A DNA stretch of 64,000 nucleotides from Carcharhinus amblyrhynchos (lineage: Eukaryota): contig OZ336882.1 in NCBI GenBank assembly GCA_965287045.1, forward strand, positions 56,854,001-56,918,000. Direction: 5' to 3'. The notes under the pieces were generated by a model. The model had not been told where the DNA came from. It saw nothing but the letters and a program-made list of their open reading frames with translations, and made no database searches. The position numbers and the translations under genes were made by a program. This document shows positions 13,368-24,579 of the stretch, piece by piece (position 1 is the stretch's first letter; each line of letters opens with the position of its first letter).

Positions 13368-13504
13368 CAGTAAGAAATCTCACAACACCAGGTTAAAGTC
13401 CAACAGGTTTATTCGGTAGCAAACGCTACTAGCTTTCGGAGCGCTAGCTGCTTCTTCCTCAGGCGAGTGGCTACCCCCAGTCCAACGCCGGCATCTCCAC
13501 ATCA
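13368..13504 (-). mobile_element. Short element, family B (probably a Penelope-like terminus), with a minimal hammerhead motif
   Basis: Minus strand reads CGC-CTGAGGA-A-GAAGC-AGCTAGC-GCTCC-GAAAGCTA-GTA, followed by AATAAACCTGTTGGACTTTAACCTGGTGTTGTGAG; resembles a shark repeat terminus I recall. Confidence 0.6.
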
Positions 13505-13611
13505 CATTTTATTTTAAACATATTATCGTTTCCCCAGACCCCCATAGCTAACCAGTCACTGTTTTTTCGTGCTAACGTTTCTGTTTGTAGTTCTTTGCGT
13601 TTCCGGGAACC

Positions 13612-13680
13612 GGGAGGGAGGGGGGTCGGGGCTGGGGGAGGGAGGGGGGTTGGGGTTGAGGGGGGAGGGGGTTGGGGGTG
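13612..13680 (+). other. G-quadruplex-forming G-run cluster in intron 2
   Basis: About ten runs of three or more G with 1-4 nt loops. Confidence 0.7.
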
Positions 13681-13924
13681 AGAAATGAGTCATCCCTCAT
13701 TTATTTCCTTTTTTAATCAAGCACCCAGACCTTGGCTGGATATTAAGGTGAATTGCAACGCTCACCTCAATCTGTTCTGGAATATCAATGTTCTTGCTGA
13801 TCCTAAATTGTTCCTTTCCCTCATGGAGCTAAATTATGTATTTTTTTATTTACTGGGTTTAGTCAAGCACTTGAAATGAAACTGAAACTAAGCGTTTTTT
13901 GCCGTAACGGGCGGGCGGTCGGGG

Positions 13925-14300
13925 ATTGCGATGGCATAGTGGGAATACTTCTGGGCTAGTATCGAGTTCAAATCCTGCCATAGACTCTGGAGGAATTGAA
14001 ATGCAATTACTTTCTAGAACTGGAATGAAATATTGGTCTCATTACTAATAATAATCTACTGGATTGCCACAAAAAAAGTCTGGTTCACTAATAGCCTTCA
14101 GAGGAGAAATAACAGAATCTGCCGTCCTAATAGGGTCTAACCTATCGGTGTCTCCAATCTACAGCAATAAACCGGCCTCTGGAAAGACAAACCATTCTGT
14201 TCCAGGCTGCTCACCTGCCACCTATTCAAAGGGCAATTAGGGATGGACAATAAATGCTGGCCTGACCAGTAACGACCACATCCCAAGAAGAATAAAATTA
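13925..14300 (+). mobile_element. tRNA-derived SINE, third family
   Basis: Head TGGCATAGTGG...GAGTTCAAATCC, core CTGGTTCACTAAT, tail GGCAATTAGGGATGG.CAATAAATGCTGGCC. Minus-strand relatives at ~12490-12770 and ~63585-63790; tail only at ~45700-45800. Confidence 0.7.
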
Positions 14301-17300
14301 AACTTGCAATCCTAACCTAATAAAGAATCTTGTAATCCTAATTTTCCACCAAGTTTTTATTCACTTATGTGCTCGTTGTAAAGGTCGCAATGTACCTCCT
14401 CCATTCTAATTCGTTGTCCTGGACTAAATCCAAACACATCAAATCGTTCCTCATCCACTTCATTCAATTCGACCCAGATGAGATCAGAGTGGATACTCAA
14501 AAGTTCACACAATTTCCTTTTCCAGTATGCAGCATGCTGGAACTAATTGATCCGCGGCTCCCAACGTAACTTCGGCAAAAACCTTAGAGAAACGTCGTAA
14601 ATTGAGGGAGCCATAGCGATATGTGGATGTCGCTGACATATATAACAAATAGTTTGTCCGCGGTGCCTCCCTTGTAAGGAACCGCCTTGAGTAAGATACA
14701 GAACGAATGTTTACGATTGGTCTTAGCAAAGTCGATGGGCTGAGTGGCCTACATCTGCTCCTATGTCTTATGGTCTGACTCTGAGGGTTTTTAACATGCC
14801 GTTTCCACAGGTCAGGTTTGTATTATTGAGAGCTGGCCATCAAATATGCAAATACACATGGTTCAGGAAGGAGTTTAAGATGGAGGAGTAAGGGGGTGGG
14901 GGGGGCGTCTCTTCATTGTTAACCAGTCTTAGAAAGCTTCATGATCGATCCAATATTAAGTAAATGGAAAGTAAAAGATTCACTCTCCCAAATCGACCCC
15001 TCCCGACCTTCAGTATCTAGTGTGAATAGTCTCATTGCTGCTAATGCGTTCATTTCACAATACATTCCTCTTGGACGTCACTTTCAAACAAAAAGATCCA
15101 AGTGTCACTTGAGATCATCTGAGAATTGACCAATCCTCCTTTGTGTCTGATATCACCTCCTGATTTCACTTTGCTGGAATTCTTGGTCCTGCCTTTTCCC
15201 CCGGAATCTGAGAGGGTTCATCAGAACCGCAGTAAACGGAGTTTTGCTAAACTCCCGAGAGTTCTGAAGCAGAAATAAATACCATTTATCTTCTGTACAA
15301 ACATCTCACTCAGGGACCCGCAAGTACATTTTAATTAATAGCAAGCCGACATGTTTTCAGTTTCATTTGCACATAGAACCCAGGGCGTCAACACTCAATT
15401 TATGATAATCATTAAAAAAAATACCGCATCGAGGATTATTCGTACCAACATACACTAGTTTATTTATTTTCTCAAATAGGCAATCCAATAGTTGTATTCT
15501 GCTTTTGTGCGTCCATTTGCCCCATTATCTGACATAGCCTAGAAAGTCCTGCTAACTGACCGGTTTGAATGCACCGTTTATGTTTAGTGCATATTGTATA
15601 TAAAATACTCTGGTACTTAACATCATATATATCTACCGTTGGTGAATCGGGGCTTCTATTCATCAAACTATACATAATATATATATCAAGCCCAATTCAT
15701 ATATTATCCAAGTGTACGTATATATAAATGCAGATCTGGGGCACTGTTTAATCGGGATTTCTGTGGAGAACGCCGAACAAGCCGAAACCGTGGAGTCAAA
15801 CAAAACTCCGCACCGCAGCGAAATAATCCCCGCAGAATGCTGTGCTGTGGCGCTGGCAGCTTCAGAAGGAGATAGCGGCTCCTCTGCCTGCACTGAGAGG
15901 AACAGTTGAGAATGAGTAGAATGTGAATTAAGAGTTGTATCAAACAGACGCGTTTGAATTCCGCGTGCTTGAATTTCGAGAGTTGTACAGCTGGAGTGAA
16001 CAATCTGAGTTTAGGCAATTTGCTGATCAGTTAGTGGAGGCAATACACGCAGACATCACGCTCATTGCAGGGAATAAATAGCCTGATTGTCTTTCCCAAT
16101 TCAATCAGAGCCCGATTCATCCTGTAAATGTCTACCTGGAGAGATGAAAACGGAATCAGAACGGAACCGCTGTAGCTACCCGCGCTCAGTGAGAGGGCTC
16201 TGAGCTATTTTCTCAAATGTGTCGCGGAATACAAGGAACATGTGGAGAACCACACAAAAAAACTGCAGAACGCGTTGTGTGCCTGAACAATTTACAATGG
16301 ACTTGCGCGGATGAGTTTTTATTACACATAAACATTTAAATATTGAACCCATTATAAATATGTCATTACACATTTACGGATGCTGTTTGTGTGGATCGAA
16401 TGACACGTTTCATATTGTATTTAAAGGGCTTTGAAATTTCACGGGGGGGTGGGGCGAACGAAGTGTTTGATAAACGCACATATCCCTAAAGCCTTGTCCT
16501 GTAAATGATATTTTTCCCAGATATTAAAAATTCGAGTGTGCCTGCGCACAGTTATTGGTTGTTAATTTAGGAGAATTGTTCCACCGTTGAACAGAGATGG
16601 GTATTTTAATCGGCTATGTCGAGTGGTGGTGAATTCTCCTTAGAGTGTTTTTTGTACAACCATCGCTTCCCTAAAGGGTATTTTTTACAGGGTCTGGGAA
16701 AGACCAGGCCGGCTGGACTAGTGAAATATCCAGTAATATTTAGACGCTATTTGATGGAAGCCCACAACTGAAATAACAGCGAGCGGTATTATTGAAGGGA
16801 GGGAGGCACACAGACTGCTGCGAATGAGCCCTCTGGAACTGGCAGGTGATTCCGCAAGGAGCCTCCAACTTTATCCGAGTTACTTTCAACCTTCTCCCCC
16901 AGCCAATACCTTTTTTTATGACACGCGGAATTTCTTGCATATTATTTTTCTGTCAAAGCCAGCCAAAAATACATTCTCCCACCTCTATGCCTTTTAACTC
17001 TACTTTCTTCTATTCATTCACAGGGTCTTCCCACCCCCTCCGCAGTATCCGTGTTGTAAAGAAATTGAACTGCAGGGAACCCCGGCGTTTTATTTGAAGA
17101 AGGGCACATAACCATTGCACCGAGTGAATGGTGAAGGGATTAGCCTTATCCCCCCTCTTACTTTCATTACAGAAGGGATCTTTATTTCACACACTGCGCC
17201 GAGCATTTCTTTCAATCCCCGGTACTCATGCACAACTCGAACACTTTTTTTTTCTGTTCTGTTTAGGGGCTAAAACGCGATCGGCCTCCCGCTCCCAGAA

Positions 17301-18289
17301 TTAACCGAATCGGAGCCACCTTTAGTTTGTTTTGGCAGACCTGAAGTGGGCTGTAAAATGAATGCGGTTAACAGTCAGGAGAATAAGCAGAGCTCCGGCC
17401 TGTGGGCTGCTTAGCGGTGCCCCCGATATAGACTTCAAGGTCTTTTGCCCCAGTCGAGTGGACACTGGTTTTCCCCTGTGGCATTCAGCCTAGAGTGAGG
17501 GTAAATTAATAACCCAGTGAAAGTTTTCCGTTCATCTTCTAGCGGCATTTCAGTTGCTCGTTTTATTTATTTTTAACTTGTCCCAGAAAAGCGGATTAAA
17601 GCATAAACCAATTGAAGGCGAGAAAGCCCATTCCTCTCAGGAACTTTGCTTTTCTCAGCAGCCGAACCGAATGCCCCTGATCCAATATCCCAAAACATGC
17701 CTATGTCCCATCCGGCATGTTCCTGGGCGACTGTGATATATCTGTAGGATATATGTCAAAATATGTGTCTCTGGTAGTGTTATCGACAGTACAGCCTTAC
17801 TAAGGGAGTATTGTAGGCACCTTGAGACGGAACGCGCACACATGGAAAGTTTTGAAATCCGATTTGGGTTAGTTTCGTTCGAAGGTTTTGTAGCATTAGC
17901 CCATTTGCTCAACCGGTGGCAAGTTAATAAACTGGTGTCAGAGTGCTGGATAAGAAACTAGTACGTTGCTGGCCTGAGGGCAGAACGTCTGGGTTGATTA
18001 GTTTTATTTTGCATTGTACCGATTTTTCAAATAGAGATGAGTAGTGGCCGAGTTGGCATTGCGGCTGCACGTAGCAACTGTCCCTTTAAAGGGAACAGAA
18101 GGTCTATTCCGTAAATGCTGAGCCAGAACAGACCTGTAAACGGATACGCCCGACAAGATTAAGCACTTGGGGGTGGGGGGGGGGGGGGGGGGGGGCTTGA
18201 TTCGTTCTTCAAAAAGGCTTCCAGATATTGTACATTTTCAACTAATCAGGGGCAGAAAGTGGATCAAATTTGCCCTCGCATGAAAGGAA

Positions 18290-18548
18290 CCCCAGAATCT
18301 CTACAGTACAGAAGGAGGCCATTCGGTCCATCGAACCTATACCGACAACAATCCCACCTAGGCCCTGTCCCCGTAACCCCACATATTTATCCTGCTAATC
18401 TCCCTGACAGTAAGGGGCAATTTAACATCTTTGGATCGTGAGAAGAAACCGGAGCAGCCGGAGGAAACCCACGCAGACACGGGGAGAATGTGTTAACTCT
18501 ACACAATCGAGGCCGGGTCCCTGGCGCTGTGAAGCTGCAGTGCCGCCC
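18290..18548 (-). mobile_element. V-SINE (HE1-like)
   Basis: Reverse complement of head, V core and tail, with internal deletions. Confidence 0.8.
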
Positions 18549-19739
18549 AATGGTCCCTCACCAGCTTTCTAGTGTCAGCAGCTTCCTGTTGGACTTTTGA
18601 GTCCATGACATTGCAAAAGTTCAACGTTTATTACCACAAATGCATGTTTGAACATACTGTTGTTTGACTTCCAATAACGTCGGCTCTTTAAAGCAAACAT
18701 TCAGAGTGACCCCCGCGGTTCTGTATTCCAAATGTCATTTTATTTGGGGGTAATATTTATATTGAGTGATTGGGCCGACTCGTGTATGTGCACTCAATTC
18801 TGTTACAACTACAGGGGCAGTCAATAATATTCCTTGGTTGATATTTGGCCACACCACGTAAACAGCAGTGAAACAAAGGTGTCCCTTCTTTATTGCTGTA
18901 CATGGCGTCCTGATCTCCTTTTATTTTGGTCATTAGTACTGGGTACAACAACCACATAACCAACCCCTTACAGCTGGACAAGTTGTTATAAGATCTCTGT
19001 CAGATGGGGTTTTCTATCACTCCTGATGCCAATAACTTATTTGACATTCGTTCGTTTTCCCTGACAACTGGTTCTAGTCAAAATTAAATACAGATAATTT
19101 ATAAAATAAATGCTGAAATATTAATTAACCAGAAACAGAAATAAATGCTAAGAAAGTATTGGTGGACCAGTGGTTAGAATTGTAATATTTAGAAGCAATT
19201 GAGCCTTGATTGACAAGTGTGTGTTTGACCCACACGAAACACCGGAAAATAGACTTGGGCCTGACACCGAAATGGTCTGAACATCTGAGTTAGAATTCCT
19301 CATGAGTCCAAAGTCATTTCCTCCTTTTTCTAGCCCATGAGTTTGAAGTGATTTTGGATCTAGTTTGTATAATACAAGTATAAGAATAAATATGATGGAA
19401 TTGAAACCTATAAATAAGGGTGTGAATAGCCATGGGCGGTGGTTTGATCTAGTGCTGACCTGGGATTCCCTGTCAAACGATAATAATCTGACTTCTGCTG
19501 TTAAAGCTAAAAATCCACAACATATCTGCAAACTGATCGCTTTTTGTAAATGTATTAAAATGAAAGTCATTTATTTTAAATATGTGCATTGCATAATACG
19601 ATTCCCTACAACTGAATTTTCCAATTCGCTTTGAAGATTGGGGGGGGGGAGGTGGGGAAATGTGAATGAAATGAAATGTAATTCGGTTCCTGTGTCTGTG
19701 ACTATGGACCAGTATATGTAAGTCAGTTCATTTCCGCCA

Positions 19740-20450
19740 CTGTGCCTGGGTACATGTGTGTTTTGTGTTTCTGGATTTCTATTTATAAGTGCTTGTGTCT
19801 ATACATCTGCGTCTGTTTATTCCTGACCCTGTCTTTGCGTGTTATGTCTAAGGATTTGTATTTGGACGTCAGTGTATGACTGTGCCCGTGTCTCAGTGTG
19901 TGTTACCGTGGATGTGTATGAGAGTCAGTGTCTGTCTGTACCTGTGACTCTGGCTGTGTTTAAGGATCTGTATGTACGAGTCGATGCATTTCCCTGTGTT
20001 CGTATTTTTGTATGGATTTCCATCTGTGTCAGTATATTCCTCTACCTGTGTTTGTCTCAATCGGTCTGTGTATGCCAGTTTATTTCTCTGTCTGTGTCTA
20101 GGATCTATGCATGTATGTCAATGCATGTTTATATCAGTATTTGTGTGTGTGTATGGGCTTCTTAAGTGTGTGTTTCTCTGGGCCTGTTTGTGCATGTCAA
20201 TATATATTTAAATCAGTATTTGCGTGTGTACATGGGTCTGTTTGTGCATGCCAATATATATTGACATCGGTATTCGTGCGTATCTGTTGACTTCTATGGA
20301 CCGGCATATATGTCAATAAAAATTTACATCGGTATTTACGTGGGTGTGTATGGACCTGCTTGTGTATGTCAATATATATTTACATAGGTTTTTTGCAAGT
20401 GTGCGTGTGTGTCTGTACGTTTGAATCTATATATTTCAGCGGCTGTGTGT
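19740..20450 (+). repeat. TG-rich low-complexity tract in Emx3 intron 2
   Basis: Degenerate GTGTATG/TGTCTG repeats, with recurring TGTCAATATATATT...CAGTATT units in the last 350 bp. Confidence 0.7.
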
Positions 20451-23211
20451 GCACTTCTGACTCTGAACGGTTTTGTCTTTGTCAGAAAAAGTCTTTTTGA
20501 AAACCCCTTCAGCCTGGCAATATCCATTTGGGCGATGTTAAATTAACTTCTAAGCTCCTTCTACAAAGTACAGCCCTCCCAAAGAACACACTTGCAACAT
20601 TTTGGCCTTTTTTCCCCAATTAGATTCCTTGGAACTACTATCAAACCAGAATTCTGGGATGGATTTTAATTTCTTTGTGAGACAGGTTGGGAGTTGGTTA
20701 ATATTAGCATATAACTTTGTCCTATGTTCTCTTTTCTCTTCCAGATTCTGGATCGCCGACAAGGGGAGGTTAAAAGCAGCTCACGTCTCCTTCAAAAGGC
20801 GGCTGGTCTTTCAAGCTTTCATCTGAAAGCCGTTATAGACGAACTCGCGTCCAGGCCGTCACAAAAGGGCTGGGCGGCAATTTAAATAGATCACAGACAG
20901 ACACGGGACCATCCCCACCCTCACCACCGCTACACTGTCTCCTCGCCTGGCTCATTCTATCCTTGATAGCCGCAGCTGAAAATGTGTATCGGAAATGTTC
21001 CATCGGACATGCCCTGCCTCTATTCAGAATACTGCTGACCCATTCCCAAAATGACTGAAAATCATTTACAAATTTCAACCCTCTTTGGGTTAGATTACTT
21101 GAAATGTGATCACTGTTAGTGATCCGCACGGATAGAGGATGGAAGCAATTCGCGGTGTTAATACATTGTTTTATGTATCCATTATCCTTTATTGATAAAT
21201 GGAGAGTAGATAACTTGTTCATTTCACATTCCTAAATGCTGAAGTGCCCCCGGTATTAATATATTATGGTCCCCATGTCGTTGGCGCTGTGACTATGGTG
21301 TATGGAAGGTCCCTTTTACAATTACAGTCAGAATCAACAACCACTCGATCAGATTTTTTCCCCTAGTTGATCTTCATTGCACTAGCTGACTTGGGACAAC
21401 TACTGCAGTGTTCATCATGCAGAGAACTGCTATCGATGTGTCCCTCAGTTTAGTGCAAGATTAAAGTGACACACTATTCGAATAATTTGGTCGTAGAATT
21501 GCGGGATAAATATTTCAGCCAATGTTTTTATACGGGCGCACAAATGTCACCAGTTTATATTAATTATCAATGCAGCTCACTCCAAACACAGGCAACCGTG
21601 ATCTCGGCAACTATCACGCAGCTTTCTTTAAACAAAATCCCAATGGGCCACCCATGCCACATGGCATCATGCAGAATACCAGGGCAAAATCAATTGCTGT
21701 ATTAAATTCCAATAAAACGAGTTATTTCCCATCCATCCTCATTGTAGCGAGAATGCTAAGCATTTTAACGCACAGTCTGGATACAAACAAACCTCTTGAT
21801 TATTCATGTTTACAGTATTCAACACACTGAATATTCTAAATCCTCCCCCATCCCTTTCACTCGAGTACTGCAATGCTGTATCCAATAAATTTACACATTA
21901 GCGCCTTCTGCAACTTATCCTCTTTTTGGATCATTTTATCACACTACAGTTTTGATTCAGACCTTGTTGCAGAATCGCTGTTTAAACAGACTGAGGAGTA
22001 CATTCTAACACATGTATTTGTTCATATGCAGTCTGTCCAAACGCCAAGCCAACTGATAAATACTGACATTGCTTTTGTCAGCACTGTACAATTCTAGGGA
22101 TGCGGATTTAACTGTATCCGAATGTTCCACCCGTTTTCCTATTCTGACACTTGGTCCTTAGTAAGAGGCGAATCATTCCTGCTTGTCATTTTGATGGTTA
22201 GTGCTTTTATTTTGGAACATGTGACCTGTTACATTAGTAAAATGTGAGAGTTTCCATTTTACATCGGGCTGAGCATGGAGATGGCACAATGATCACAAGA
22301 AACCCATGCTACAGCAACACTTGCACATGTCGACAGAATGTTCCATTTATTACCACTGGTATGTAATTTGTCTTCCCGGTTTGTAACAGCGTTCACCATT
22401 AAACATGATACACACAGCGTCCACCATTGAACATGATACACTTCCCTCTCAGTTTAAATCGAACCGTCCTCATGAAGGGCATTTTTAAAAATCGTAAATG
22501 CAACAATCTGAAAGACCGCAGGTATTCGGGTATTAAACAGGTGCAACGATAAACTCGTTGCCTGACACTTGACACATTGCTGACAGGGTCTGTACATACT
22601 AGGTTAGTTCTGCGTTGCCCCTCCCATTAAATCCAATCATGCCATCGAACGGCAATGCTCGGATATTTGTGGAATGTTCTCTTAATTTAACGGGAACCCC
22701 CCGGGTATTTTCATTGAATTATTTGGATTTGTTTTATGTTCTGTATAAAGAATAACTATTTGATTAGTTAACCAATACCTATATCAAGCTGTCTGCAAAC
22801 AACTGGGGAAGGAGTAGTGGAACATTTACTCAACAGGCAACTGCTTCACATTATACAAACCCGCCTGGGTGGGGGGGGGGCGTCTTTGTGTGGAATCATA
22901 CAGCTTAGAAGAGGGGTATTCGGCCCATCGCCCACGTTAGCACTGAGAAAGAATTCTCCAATTAGTCATAGTCCAGTGCACTTCTCCCATCGTCCTGCCA
23001 ATGTCTCATTTTCAACTAAACATCCATTCCCTTATGCAAGTTGTTGTTGAGTGTGCTGGCACCACCCCTTCTCCGAGTGCACTCTACAGCCACAAATCGC
23101 AGCCTGAAATAAACATTCTCAATACACCCTCCCTCCAACCACGTTTCTTCCTGCCAAACCCAAGTATCAATCCGCCCCGCTCTCTCTAGCTGTCTACTTC
23201 AACGTTCTTAC

Positions 23212-23396
23212 CTGGGTCTCTGTAAGACACAAGCTGTTTGCTAATTGTTTTCTCTCGGCTCCCACCACATAGTGATTTTTCTCGAAGGCTCGCTCTAATC
23301 TCAGGAGCTGGGACGGAGAGAAGGCCGTTCGAATCCGCTTAGGTTTTCTGGTGAAAGGGCCGTGAAGGAGCAAGCCCTCGGCTCCCCCCTCACTAC
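23212..23396 (-). CDS. emx3: Emx3 coding exon 2 (homeodomain N-terminal part)
   Basis: 185 nt; acceptor TTTGTAG|GT, donor CAG|GTAAG. Translates (G)[61 protein letters not shown]; phases match exons 1 and 3. Confidence 0.97.
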
Positions 23397-24579
23397 CTAC
23401 AAACAAAACAACAACAAAAAAAATGATAAGTGTATTAGGAGGAATTCGTTTCCGATTGCTCCAGCGTGAGATTTTTCTTCTGCTTGGAAAATATGATCAA
23501 GAATAATGACTGGATATTTATTGTGTGTTCTGTACTCATAAGTGATTGTAATTGCACACAGACTGCTGTCACTACACTTTAACATATTGGGAGCCATACA
23601 CTAGCAGAAATCGCACTTCAGCCAATATGCTTTATTTCTGTGCCAATCCGCGTGCTACTTTTAATTTATCACCTCAAATTGTTCCACAAGCATCATTAAC
23701 GACCGACCTGTTAACAGCAATACATCGCTCTAGTGTTGTACGGTTCAAAATGCTCTTTCCAGGTATCAGCCACCTTTGGAGGGACAATATCGACAATTAC
23801 ATCGCTGAGTCTTTCCCGGGGGCTAAGTGGATTTGATCCCGATTTTTCACGCGCTGCGCTTCACTCAAATCTCGAGTGGGCGACACTGATATAATTAACT
23901 CACCATCGACCTGATATTAATATGTATCTATGAATTCTAAACCGCTAAGCTTATTTACGTAGCTCTGTATTAAGCTGTCCTGTCAAGGAGACAAATGAAA
24001 CGGGTCCAACCAATATACTTTTTGCAACAAAGCAATTAGCATTAAATACGAATGGTTATTAATTGTATGGTTATTAATATCTGGGCCGTTGCTGTACCAT
24101 TATAAAAGTGTTATATATTAGATATGCGCAGTGTAATTAAACACTATTACACTGCAATATGCCAACAAAATTCACACCTTAAAAGGAAAAGAAAAAGAAC
24201 ACTGGTATTGGCACAGTTCCCATTTAATCAACAACATCACTACCAGATTTAAGATCAGCAGAAACTGTAATCTTACTTTGGACCTAAACTTAATTAAATC
24301 CGCAACCGTTTGTTTAGTGAATATAGTTAGGGCTCCGTTTTGGATGAGTATAAATTATGTCTCAGTTTGTGAGTTCAGAGTTGTCTCGTTGAAAATTATC
24401 AGGGAGTACAGGATTGCATTGGGATTATGATAAAGAATAGCGGTGCACATATCTTTGGAATTCGTTAGCTCTAAATTTAGGGCTAGCGGAAACTATAGTG
24501 TGGGAATTAGAGAATAGCTTGACACAAGGGTTGGATTCGGTTTGAAGGTTGGAGTTGGAGTTAATGCTTGATTTAAGAA

